Virus record (IMG/VR): IMGVR_UViG_3300020042_000782
Coordinates: 1-28,704 of that record
From: a virus
Lineage: Duplodnaviria > Caudoviricetes
Length of the DNA stretch: 28,704 nucleotides
Strand: one strand, 5' to 3'
Below are positions 8,558 to 18,000 of the stretch, piece after piece; the first letter of the stretch is position 1, and each line of letters opens with the position of its first letter. The translations under genes and the position numbers were made by a program. The notes below the pieces were generated by a model. It saw nothing but the letters and a program-made list of their open reading frames with translations. It was not told the DNA's origin and made no database searches.

Positions 8558-8715
8558 AAGTGACACCTTATCAACACAATGCAAACATGCTTCGTGAATA
8601 TCAGAAGGTTATTCATCAACAGCATTTAAAAGACTTAGAGAAGCTTAACCGCCAAACTCAAGAGAAGATTAAAGCTCAGTGGGTAAAGGTAGATTCTGTG
8701 GATGTAATGGTATGA
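8554..8715 (+). CDS. 53-aa soluble helical micro-protein (not in ORF track)
   Basis: MKVTPYQHNANMLREYQKVIHQQHLKDLEKLNRQTQEKIKAQWVKVDSVDVMV; ATGA overlaps at both ends. Confidence 0.6.
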   Translation: MKVTPYQHNANMLREYQKVIHQQHLKDLEKLNRQTQEKIKAQWVKVDSVDVMV

Positions 8716-8939
8716 AATATTTATTATTGTTATTGCTGCTCACTGGTTGTGAAGACAAGTACAGATACTTCTGTCAGAACCCTGACAACTTCCATGCTGA
8801 GTCATGTCAGAAACCTAGATGTCAATTCACACAGACATGTCCTGAGTATTTAGTTGCACCAATATTGGAGAAACAAATTGAGAGAACTGCTAATCAAAAT
8901 GCTGACACCAAGCCAGCCCAAACCAAAGCTAACAACTGA
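8712..8939 (+). CDS. Small Cys-rich lipoprotein
   Basis: MKYLLLLLLLTG-C lipobox (ATG 8712 preferred over 8679); four more Cys in the mature part. Confidence 0.75.
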   Translation: MKYLLLLLLLTGCEDKYRYFCQNPDNFHAESCQKPRCQFTQTCPEYLVAPILEKQIERTANQNADTKPAQTKANN

Positions 8940-9411
8940 AGAGTTTGAGGTTAGGGTGTGGGGGTTTGTAGTGGTGGCTATTACAGTCATCCTATTTGGT
9001 ATTGTCTTTGCCTTGCTGTATTCTGTTACCTTTGTAACACAACCCATCAAGAGTATGGCTCCGATTGATCAAGCCTACACCAAGATGCTTAATGATATAG
9101 TATTACTTATTGTAGGTGGTATTGGTGGCATTGTAGGTAAGAGGGCAGTGAACTCAGCACAGAATGCTTTTAAACCCCCTCAGCCTCCAATGCAGGGCTG
9201 TGGCGGTGGCTATGGTGGTGGTGGTAGCTACGCCCCTCCACAGTCGGCCTATGGCCTTCCTAGCCAGCCCTTTGGTGCTATGCCTGTCTGGAAGAACCCA
9301 GAGCTAGATGAAAGCTGGACTCCCGGTCCTCCACCAACAACACCCCCTGAACACATGGAGCCTGATGAGGAAAGAGAAGAGATAGCAGCAGCTAGAAAAG
9401 AGGCTGAGTGA
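8878..9411 (+). CDS. Two-TM membrane protein, holin candidate
   Basis: GGAG 7 nt before TTG 8878 (alternative ATG 8899); TM1 VWGFVVVAITVILFGIVFALLYSV, TM2 IVLLIVGGIGGIVG; Pro/Gly then acidic tail; directly upstream of spanins and endolysin. Confidence 0.55.
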   Translation: MRELLIKMLTPSQPKPKLTTEEFEVRVWGFVVVAITVILFGIVFALLYSVTFVTQPIKSMAPIDQAYTKMLNDIVLLIVGGIGGIVGKRAVNSAQNAFKPPQPPMQGCGGGYGGGGSYAPPQSAYGLPSQPFGAMPVWKNPELDESWTPGPPPTTPPEHMEPDEEREEIAAARKEAE

Positions 9412-9884
9412 TGTTACCTATTCCACTTCCTTGGCTCATCATTGGTGCAATGGTTGCACTGTTTGGAACATACCGGGGTGGGTATCACTTTGGTTGGGAA
9501 GACCGTGACCAAGAGATGCAAGTAGAGATAGCTAAGAAGAATGAAGAAGCCCGTGAAGTAGAGAAGAACATGACTTCTAAACTTGCTGATAAAGAAACAG
9601 AGTTGAGAAAGGCAAAGAATGAAATATCTAAAAAGCAGTCTGCTATGCGTGAGCTTGCTAACACTGGTAGGCTGCGCCTCCCCACCGCCAGTTGTGTACA
9701 AGCCAGCACAAGTGCCGCCCCTACCGCAGGAGATAGCAGAGACGAACCTTCCGAACTTGAGCGACAGACTATTGCAGCTCTTATCGACATCGTTGCCGAA
9801 GGAGACAAAGCCATTGTCAAACACGCCCAATGTGTCGCAGCCTACAACGAAATGAGGGAGTTGGTAAACAATGGTAACAAGTGA
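9408..9884 (+). CDS. Rz: Inner-membrane spanin (Rz-like)
   Basis: N-terminal TM, long coiled coil, TGRLRLP motif, C-terminal Cys; contains an embedded lipoprotein gene. Confidence 0.8.
   Translation: MMLPIPLPWLIIGAMVALFGTYRGGYHFGWEDRDQEMQVEIAKKNEEAREVEKNMTSKLADKETELRKAKNEISKKQSAMRELANTGRLRLPTASCVQASTSAAPTAGDSRDEPSELERQTIAALIDIVAEGDKAIVKHAQCVAAYNEMRELVNNGNK
9619..9855 (+). CDS. Rz1: Outer-membrane spanin lipoprotein (Rz1-like), embedded in the +1 frame of Rz
   Basis: MKYLKSSLLCVSLLTLVG-C lipobox, Pro-rich mature region (ASPPPVVYKPAQVPPLP), lambda-type embedded layout. Confidence 0.8.
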   Translation: MKYLKSSLLCVSLLTLVGCASPPPVVYKPAQVPPLPQEIAETNLPNLSDRLLQLLSTSLPKETKPLSNTPNVSQPTTK

Positions 9885-10485
9885 ACAACTAAGACAGCTA
9901 CACATTGAGCCATCTTTGGCTGATGCTTTCAATGAAACCTTTGAGAGGTTTGGTATCACTACACCAGCTCAACAGGCTTCATGGATTGGTCAGTGTGGTC
10001 ATGAGTGTGGCAACTTCCGCATCATGGAAGAAAACCTAAACTATCGTGCTCCTACTTTGCTTAAGCTATTTCCTCAAACTCCTAAGAGAGCTTGGGGATT
10101 TACACCAGAAAGTGCAGCAGCTTATGAGAAGCAACCACAGAAGATTGCCAATAGAATTTATGGTAATCGTATGGGTAATAGGGATGAGGCCAGTGGGGAT
10201 GGGTTCAGGTTCCGTGGCTCCGGCTTCCTTCAGCTAACTGGACATAGCAACTTCTATCACGCAGGTCAAGCCTTAGGTGTAGATTTTGTTATGCAGCCAG
10301 AGCTTGTTCGCACTCCCAGATATGCAGCACAGACCGCTGGCTGGTTCTGGCAGACCCATAAGCTTAACCAATATGCTGACAGAGGTGACATCCTCACCAT
10401 GACAAAGCGGATCAATGGTGGTACTATTGGTTTAGAAGATCGTAAGAAGCATATAGAACATGCCTTACATGTATTAGGTGGTTGA
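9871..10485 (+). CDS. Endolysin, glycoside hydrolase family 19
   Basis: QCGHECGNF..EENLNY, ANRIYGNRMGN..GDGFRFRGSGFLQLTG..NF, TKRINGGTIGLEDR. Confidence 0.92.
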   Translation: MVTSEQLRQLHIEPSLADAFNETFERFGITTPAQQASWIGQCGHECGNFRIMEENLNYRAPTLLKLFPQTPKRAWGFTPESAAAYEKQPQKIANRIYGNRMGNRDEASGDGFRFRGSGFLQLTGHSNFYHAGQALGVDFVMQPELVRTPRYAAQTAGWFWQTHKLNQYADRGDILTMTKRINGGTIGLEDRKKHIEHALHVLGG

Positions 10486-10510
10486 CTAAGCCCCTAATTT
10501 GTGGTATGAC
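10482..10510 (+). promoter_or_regulatory. Putative sigma70-type promoter
   Basis: TTGACT-17 nt-TATGAC with TGn extension, in the gap between the endolysin and the peptidase gene; the -10 lacks the final T. Confidence 0.35.
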
Positions 10511-10528
10511 AAGGCTTAAAGGTATATA

Positions 10529-10837
10529 ATGTTACCAGCTTCTCTAAGTATTATTGGCAGAGAAGTGCCGATTAGAGTTGTAGATGTATTCCCAGAACAA
10601 CTAGGTGAGTACAGCTATGATGACTATGCAATTAAAATAAAGTCTGGTCAGCACCCCTTAGCGGAGGCAGATACATTGTTACATGAATGTATACACGCTA
10701 TAGACGACTGCTTCCAATTAAAACTGTCAGAGAGGCAGGTGTATTGTTTAGCTGTAGGGGTGTTAGCACTACTTAGAGATAACAGAAATATGCTTGCCTA
10801 TTTAACTGAAGCAATAGAGAAACCAAGAAACATATGA
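10529..10837 (+). CDS. Small HExxH zinc-metallopeptidase-like protein
   Basis: GEY..IKIK..TLLHECIHAI with a downstream Glu (SERQV); ATGA overlap with next gene. Confidence 0.7.
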   Translation: MLPASLSIIGREVPIRVVDVFPEQLGEYSYDDYAIKIKSGQHPLAEADTLLHECIHAIDDCFQLKLSERQVYCLAVGVLALLRDNRNMLAYLTEAIEKPRNI

Positions 10838-12963
10838 AAGATTTTACAGCACAACAGAAAGAAATTGTAGCTAGGAAGCTAGGCTACGATGGTCCTATGC
10901 AAGGCTTTGATGAATTCCTCGCATCTTCTCCTGCTTTAGAAGCTAAGTATGCTGCCATCACTGGTAAGTTTTCTGAGCGTATGGCTAGGGGTGGATTGAT
11001 TAGTCTGCGTAAGTTTGCTCAGGGCGGTGATGTACTTAAATTAAATGCTGGTGCTGTAGTATTTGATCCTAAACTGGCTACAACGGATTGGACACAATCT
11101 CAGATTAATCTGGCTCTTCGTCAAGAGCTTAGTGCTAGACCTGATACAGACCCCGCAGCTTTGGCTGCTCATGCTAAGAAAGTGTATGGCCTTACAGATG
11201 CTGAAATTAGTACAGCCTATGCTTCGTTGTTACCTGCAAAAGTAACAAGTGGAGGAGTTACTGGTGGCGGTGAAGTTACTTATTCACCTGTAGGTGGTGT
11301 TCCACAAGCAGCAGCACCTTCTAAGATAACACCAGAGAAAGTAGTGTATGACGCTACCCAAGATATTTCCCCAACAGCAAGAGCCGGAGCAGCTCAGACA
11401 GTTGAAGCAACTACTCCTGCTGCAGTTACGTTAGCAGCACTGCCAACAACACTTACAGCAGAACAAGTCACTGCAGCTACATCCTTTCCTGAGATGGATA
11501 AAGTGTTGGCTGGATTTAAGCCAGCAACAGGAACAGTTTCTGAAGCAGCTAAAGTTAAAGCAGCAGAAGCTGGTCCTACAGCACTTGCTGGTGCTGCTGA
11601 TAAGGCTGAACAGATTGCCACTGCTCAAAAGGTAGCAGCACCCGCTGCTCGTACAATGGCAGAAGCAGAAACAGTGGCTGGCACTGCTGTCGATATGACT
11701 AAGGTGGCTACAGAACTTGCTAAAGCTGAAGCAGCTACTGGTGAAGTTACAACAGACATGACTGTACAGGGACAGCTTGCTAAACTTACCAAAGACTTTG
11801 ATGCTAAGAACCCTCCGGGTTGGGCTGCTGGTGCATTAAGAGCAGTGACAGCAGAGATGTCTGCTAGGGGCTTAGGCGCTTCTAGTTTGGCTGGTGCTGC
11901 TTTGGTACAAGCTGCTTTAGAAAAAGCTCTTCCTATTGCTTCTGCTGATGCTGCTATATACCAGCAGATGGCTTCACAGAATTTGTCTAACAGACAGCAG
12001 ATTGCTGTTCTTACAGCACAACAAAGAGCTACCTTCTTAGGTCAAGAGTTTGATCAAAACTTCCAGACCCGTGTTATCAACGCTGCCCGTGTAGCTGACA
12101 TTGCTAATCTAAACTTTAATGCTAACCAGCAAATTGCTTTAGAGAATTCTAGACTTGCTCAAACTGTTGACTTAGCTAATCTGAATAGTAGACAAGCTGC
12201 TTTTATGGCTGAGCTTGCACAGACAGCTACCCTTGAAACAGCTACCTTAAATAATAGACAGCAAGCTGCAGTAGAGAATGCTAAAGCTGCTTTGCAAATT
12301 GATTTGACTAATCTGTCATATGAGCAACAAGCTACAGTGTTAAAGACACAGCTTACAGCACAAGCAATCTTAAGTGATACTGCTGCTGAAAATGCTTCTA
12401 AACAGTTTAATGCTACAAGCACTAATCAAACCAAACAGTTCTTTGCTAGTCTTTCTTCACAGGTTAGTCAATTTAATTCTGCTCAGTCAAATGCAATGGA
12501 GCAGTTTAAAGTTGATCAGTCAAACTCCATTAAGAAATTTAATGCTGATGTACAGAACCAAAGAGAACAGTTTAATGCACAGCAAAGATTGGTAATTGAT
12601 CAATCTAATGCTCAGTGGCAAAGAGAAATTGCTACCATTAACACTGGTGCTATCAACACTATCAATCTGTCTAATGCTCAGCTTGCACAGCAGATGACAC
12701 TTACAGAATATAATAATGAGATACAGATGTATCGTGATGCTGTCACTCATGCGTGGCAGTCTTCAGAGAATGATGCTAATAGATCTACTACACTAGCCGC
12801 TGCAGAACTTGCTAAGTCTGCACAGATTGCTATTGCTGATGCAACTACAGCAGCAGCTAATGCTAGAGCATTGGGTGAGTTAACTGCATCCTTCGTAGGT
12901 AAGACATCATTCGCTGATATTGTTAAAGCTGGTTCAACCGCAATTGATTGGATTTTTGGATAA
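10834..12963 (+). CDS. Putative internal virion/DNA-ejection tube protein
   Basis: Ala-rich N-half, hydrophobic Gly/Ala segment, long Q/N-rich 11-residue repeat coiled coil, amphipathic C-terminus. Confidence 0.65.
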   Translation: MKDFTAQQKEIVARKLGYDGPMQGFDEFLASSPALEAKYAAITGKFSERMARGGLISLRKFAQGGDVLKLNAGAVVFDPKLATTDWTQSQINLALRQELSARPDTDPAALAAHAKKVYGLTDAEISTAYASLLPAKVTSGGVTGGGEVTYSPVGGVPQAAAPSKITPEKVVYDATQDISPTARAGAAQTVEATTPAAVTLAALPTTLTAEQVTAATSFPEMDKVLAGFKPATGTVSEAAKVKAAEAGPTALAGAADKAEQIATAQKVAAPAARTMAEAETVAGTAVDMTKVATELAKAEAATGEVTTDMTVQGQLAKLTKDFDAKNPPGWAAGALRAVTAEMSARGLGASSLAGAALVQAALEKALPIASADAAIYQQMASQNLSNRQQIAVLTAQQRATFLGQEFDQNFQTRVINAARVADIANLNFNANQQIALENSRLAQTVDLANLNSRQAAFMAELAQTATLETATLNNRQQAAVENAKAALQIDLTNLSYEQQATVLKTQLTAQAILSDTAAENASKQFNATSTNQTKQFFASLSSQVSQFNSAQSNAMEQFKVDQSNSIKKFNADVQNQREQFNAQQRLVIDQSNAQWQREIATINTGAINTINLSNAQLAQQMTLTEYNNEIQMYRDAVTHAWQSSENDANRSTTLAAAELAKSAQIAIADATTAAANARALGELTASFVGKTSFADIVKAGSTAIDWIFG
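11980..12633 (+). repeat. Protein-level 11/22-residue repeat array
   Basis: NLSNRQQ-like units at spacings 44,22,22,22 aa followed by seven QF[NFK]/KFN/QSN units exactly 11 aa apart. Confidence 0.85.
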
Positions 12964-12969
12964 ACTAGT

Positions 12970-13182
12970 ATGAAAAACTTTGATAATTTTTATAAAAAAG
13001 TAGACTCGATTGCTAATACTAAACAGTCTAAAGATAAGTCCTCAGCATCCACTGGTCTTCTTTCTAGAAACAAAGATGTTCCAGATAATAAACCTACTAG
13101 CGAAGATGTGTATAGCAAAGTAGCAGAGTACATTAAAGCCATCCGAAAACAAAAAGAGGAAATTTTAAATGCAAAGTCCTGA
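12970..13182 (+). CDS. Small basic hypothetical protein (virion block)
   Basis: 70-aa ORF tiling between neighbours; contains GLLSR. Confidence 0.6.
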   Translation: MKNFDNFYKKVDSIANTKQSKDKSSASTGLLSRNKDVPDNKPTSEDVYSKVAEYIKAIRKQKEEILNAKS

Positions 13183-13648
13183 TATCTTTCTTGATGCGCC
13201 TATTCCCGGTCAATCATTAACGGTTGAGCCGGGTAACTTTCCTTGGGAAAATCCTCCTCAGTATGTAACACTTGCGGATGCTGTAGGGTTTTATACAGAT
13301 AAAATGGATAACCCAGATGTTATTCTTCAATTGTTAGATGCTCTTGAAAGAGACATTCCAATTTTAACTATTGTTAATACTTTCACTAAAGCATCATTGA
13401 TGTATGGCTACCATACAGTAGATGTAGGTTTCTTAGTGACTCCCATCTTAGTTGAGATGATTAAAACAATTGCAGAACTAAATGATGTTCCATACATTGT
13501 TTCTTTTGACGATCAGACTAAGGCTGAAACAGTTAGTCCTAGAGTGCTTAAGAAAATTATGGATGATATGAAGGCTGACATTAAAGCAAACCCAGAGATG
13601 GTTGTAAAAGAATCTCGTAAGGGTTTGATGTCTAGAGGAGAAGAATAA
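13169..13648 (+). CDS. Conserved podophage hypothetical protein (virion block)
   Basis: GAGGA RBS; DAPIPGQSLT..PWENPPQ N-terminal motif; ends KGLMSRGEE. Confidence 0.7.
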   Translation: MQSPDIFLDAPIPGQSLTVEPGNFPWENPPQYVTLADAVGFYTDKMDNPDVILQLLDALERDIPILTIVNTFTKASLMYGYHTVDVGFLVTPILVEMIKTIAELNDVPYIVSFDDQTKAETVSPRVLKKIMDDMKADIKANPEMVVKESRKGLMSRGEE

Positions 13649-15039
13649 TGGCTAGTTGGTTTGGAAGTTTTTCTGCTGGTTTCTCTAAAGGAATTGTAGA
13701 ACAGATTGCTGAGAAAGAGAAAGAGCAAGCTGCGATGACTGCTGCTAGTATCAAGAACATGTATCACAATGTTCAAGAGAAGAAGAAAGAAATTGCTAAA
13801 CAAGCAGACGAATACAGAGGCACTGTAAGTGAACTTGGTTCTTTTACTTTTAAAGATGGTACTAAGTTTGATGATAGACAACTCATCACATTAGCTTCCA
13901 ATCCAGAGATAGCTAAAGATATTGTTAAGCGTTTGCGTGATGATCCTGAACTATCTTCTAGGCTTACACCAGACTTCTTTAAAGCAGCAGCTAATGCACC
14001 AACAGGTGTTAAAGCTGCTGACTATATGACTGAGTTGTTTAAAGTGAAAGCAGCGGCTACTGAGCAAACTAAAGAGTTTTATAACGCCACTTCTAAAGAA
14101 GGCGGTATTGTTGATAACTTGGTTGCTGGTAATGGTTATGCTAAAGCACAGAGAGCTGCTGCTGCTTATGGTATGACATTGGAACAATTGGTAGGTTATC
14201 AAGATATGACTACTAAGAGAGCACCCAACATGATGGGTGAGATGGACTATAGTAGGCTTGCTAAGACTAAAGGCTTTGATGATGTTGTTAGTCAAACAAA
14301 ACTTGAATATGTAAATGCAGCTACTGAGGATGCGAAAAAGCAAGCTGCTGCTAAACTCGCTACATTGAACACTGCAGATGCAGCTATGAAGCTGGCAGGT
14401 AAAACAACTGAAGAAGACAAGAGAAGTAAGTTGGCTGATGAAGCACAAGATCCTACAAAGACTCCTCAGCAAAGACAAATTGCTGCAGCACTGTTGCAAC
14501 AGCGTATTAAGATGATGTCCAATCCCAAAGAGAACAATGAAGAGAAGGTTACACAAGCTAACCTTATCACTGTTGCTTCTAGAGGATTTGCATCTACAGT
14601 GGAGTCATTGGCTCCCGGTAAGTTTGTTACTTCTACTGATATGCAGGGTAACATCTCTCTTACACCTAAGGGTATTGCTGATCCTCAGATGAAGGCTGCA
14701 TATGCTCAGGCTCGTAATGGAATTATTGCTGAGTTCACTACACCTGAGGGTAAGCCTAAGTCTGTTACAGCTAGGAATGCCTTGGTATCTATTGGTGTTA
14801 CATTTGATGCAGATGGTAAAGCTATTCCAGCTAAGCCTGAGAATGTATTGATGACTGCTGTGCCGACAGCAATACCTCAAGAGACTCCTGCTCCTGCAAC
14901 ACCTAAGCCAGCAGCACCTAAGCCAGTAGCACCTGCAACACCAGTGAGAGACTTCAAGAGTGTGGCTGAAGCTGAAGCAGCTAACCTCCCTAAAGGTACT
15001 AAGATTACAATTAATGGACGATCAGCAGAGGTTCAATAA
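13648..15039 (+). CDS. Putative internal virion protein
   Basis: GAGGAG RBS, TAATG coupling; amphipathic N-terminus SWFGSFSAGFSKGI, helical body, Pro/Ala linker, small C-terminal domain. Confidence 0.6.
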   Translation: MASWFGSFSAGFSKGIVEQIAEKEKEQAAMTAASIKNMYHNVQEKKKEIAKQADEYRGTVSELGSFTFKDGTKFDDRQLITLASNPEIAKDIVKRLRDDPELSSRLTPDFFKAAANAPTGVKAADYMTELFKVKAAATEQTKEFYNATSKEGGIVDNLVAGNGYAKAQRAAAAYGMTLEQLVGYQDMTTKRAPNMMGEMDYSRLAKTKGFDDVVSQTKLEYVNAATEDAKKQAAAKLATLNTADAAMKLAGKTTEEDKRSKLADEAQDPTKTPQQRQIAAALLQQRIKMMSNPKENNEEKVTQANLITVASRGFASTVESLAPGKFVTSTDMQGNISLTPKGIADPQMKAAYAQARNGIIAEFTTPEGKPKSVTARNALVSIGVTFDADGKAIPAKPENVLMTAVPTAIPQETPAPATPKPAAPKPVAPATPVRDFKSVAEAEAANLPKGTKITINGRSAEVQ

Positions 15040-15041
15040 CA

Positions 15042-18000
15042 ATGGCTATTAAATTCTTAGATGATGAAGCACAACCTTCTTCATCCACAATTAAATTCAC
15101 TGATGAGCCAAGCAAACCATCCATTGTCTTTACCGACACAGCACAACCATCGGCTGCTGCACCTAAGCCGCCAGAAGATTTAACTAAACCTGCCTTTCTT
15201 GCTCCTCGTCAAAGAGCTACAGTATTACAGGAAAGAGCAGCTAACATCCGCAAAGAAGAAGAACAGAAGATTCCTTTTGATGCTTTGTGGAAAGATGATA
15301 AGAACTTTAAAACCATCCAAGACTATGCTTCTGCTAGGTTTGGGAAGGAAGGGGTTCTTCTTGCTGGAGAAACAAAAGAACAATTTGTTAATCGTTTTGC
15401 TACGCACATGCGTATGCTTGATACTGGCAATGAGTTTAACAGTGTAGGAGAACTACAATATTTAAACAATGCTAAGCAAGAAGACATATTAAAAGCTGGT
15501 GCAGCTTACGACTTGTTTAAGAACACTGCTGGTGTGTTTGATCCACAGAACAGAGGACAGAAGGGATTTCGCCCAGTAATGGATGTTATATCTAGTATTG
15601 TTAGCAGCCCTTCTACAGCATTAACACTTGGTACAGGTAAGATTGTTAGCAGCGGCCTAACAAAACTGGCAGCAGAGAAGGGTACTAAAGCTGCTATCAC
15701 TTCAGCCAAAGGCATTGGCATGGCTGCTGCTACTCCTGCTGTTGGTGGTGTTACCACTGCTGCTCAGGATGTAAATGCACAGAAGATTGAATTGAATGTA
15801 GCTCAAGCTGAATTGACTGAAGCTAAGAAGATTGAGCCTACCACATTAGATGCTACAGGACAGGCTCTGTTGAAGACTTATGTTGAAGATAGAGAAAAGA
15901 AACTAGAAGAAGGTGTTAGTGGCAAGAGAGTAGCTTTAGCTGGTGCTATTGGTGCTGTCACTGAAACAGCAGAGGTATTACCTTTCCTGCGTGGAGCTAC
16001 TAAAGGAAAAACTAGTCAGCTAGATGACATCCTTAAGACTAGAAACAAACCAGCAGTAGGAGAACCAACAACTCCTGCACCTAAGATTGAAGTAACTTCC
16101 AAAGATCCAACAGAAAAAGCATTAGAAGATTCTTACGATATTTTTGAAGGAAGAAAGCTTCTTGATGCTCAAGGAAAACCAACATCTGTTGCACAGATGG
16201 AAGTTAGAACAGACCTTAATAAAAGAGCTACTCTTATTGCTCAAGACATTTGGAAACAAATGCCTGAGTTTGCTCCTAAAGCTACAGAAAAAGTTTCTGA
16301 TGCTATTAAGAGAACACTTGAATCTGTAGATACATTTGATGATGTTGTCTTTGAAAGAGCCTTAGCTTCTGCCGATGTAACACCAGATGAGTTTGCTAAG
16401 ATGTTTAGAACTTCAGCAGGTGATGCTGCTCGTTCTTTACAGAGTCTCTCTGTTGTTGCCCGTCTACAAAACAAACTAAAGAACATTGATCCCGCTGCTG
16501 CTGCAGAGCTTAACAAGATGTATGGCGATAGAGGTGCAATCACTTCAGCCTTTACCGGAGTCAAAGACTTTGGTATGCGTCTTGATAGAGAGCTAAAGGG
16601 ATTGATGGTGTCACAACTATCCACCACTATCCGAAACGCTTTCTCTGGCGTTTCTGTTATTACCTTTGGAACAGCAGCAGAGCTTATTGAATCTTCTCTA
16701 TATCGTATAGGTAAGACAGCAGGTGAGCTTGCTACAGGTACACCTGTCACTGGTAGTTTTACTGGTGGTATTAAAGGTGTCTATGACGATGCAGTTAGAT
16801 CTGCTTTCTATTTAGGCCAAAGAGATTTATCTTCTGAAGTAACTGAATCTTTACTGAGTGGTACACCAGCTCTATATAGAAAGATGATTAAGACAACAGG
16901 CGAGGCTGGCCCTAACGACTTGTCCTATCCAGTTCGTCTTGCCAATACATTTAACGTGGCACAAGATGCTTTCTTCCGTAAGGCAATGTTTACTTCTTCA
17001 GTTGAAAAGCAGCTAAGCCGTGTTGGTATTAACATGTATGATGTTATTGCACAAGGTAAGCAAGTACCTTTTGATGTGTTACAGAATGCTGTCAATGAAG
17101 CCCTCACTGGTACATTCAGTAAGATGCCTACCAAAGGGCCAATGCTTCATGCTGTAAAGTTTATTGAAGAGCTTGGTCCTATAGGTTCTACGTTTATTCC
17201 GTTCCCTCGCTTCATGGCTAACGCTATGGAGTGGACCTATAAGCACATGCCTACTGGTGTGTTATCTGGAAGCACAGACATTGCTGCTGGCCTTACTAAG
17301 ATGGCTAGGGGTGATGGTGACATGGGAACTAAACAAGTTACTATGGGTCTTGAGAACTTATCTAAAGGTGCTGTAGGTACTTCTGCTTTATACGCTGCTT
17401 ATAAATATAGACAGGAAAATCAAGACACTGAGTGGTATAACATTAAGAATCCTGATGGTTCTACTGTAGATGCTAGAGTATTATTTCCTGCTGCTCCTTT
17501 CTTAGCCTTGGGCGACTACCTTGTTAAGTTTAAAAAAGGTAGGACAGATGAATTTAAGTCTAAAGAATTCATAGAAGCTATGACTGGTTTCAAAGCACCA
17601 GCAGGTACATACTCATGGCTTGGTGATAAGTTTGCTGAAGCACAGGCTAACGCTGCAACAGGTGAAGACACAGCAGATAACAAAGTTAAGACATTCTTTG
17701 GTGAATGGGTTGGTGAATATTTAGGTAGAGCACTTGTTCCTTTACAACAGGTCAGTGATATTGTTGGTGCTATTGATCGTAATGAAACTCTACCCAGAGA
17801 TGCTTATCAGATTCCAGCAGGTGAGGAAGGATTTACTTCATCAGCTACAAGTCAATTGATGAAGCGTACTCCTATCTTAAAACAAGAGTTGCCTGTATAT
17901 CAACCCCCACTGAGAGAGACAGCAGCATTCAATGACAATGGTCCATTGAAGATGTTCTCTGGTATTGCTGTTAAAGGTACACCATCTGTACTAGAAGAAG

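Noticed and set aside
7668-8939. Run of short TGA-ending ORFs as evidence of stop-codon recoding or pseudogenes
   Set aside because: Successive ORFs change frame through ATGA overlaps and have their own signal/TM starts; long genes are intact under the standard code
9414-9959. 181-aa antisense ORF over the spanins
   Set aside because: Region already double-coded on the + strand; no motif support
10506-10530. ATGACA..TATAAT promoter-like pair
   Set aside because: Spacer only 13 nt and the -10 overlaps the start codon
13513-16750. Long antisense ORFs (13951-14556, 16241-16750, 13513-13881)
   Set aside because: No recognisable motifs; lie opposite strongly supported genes
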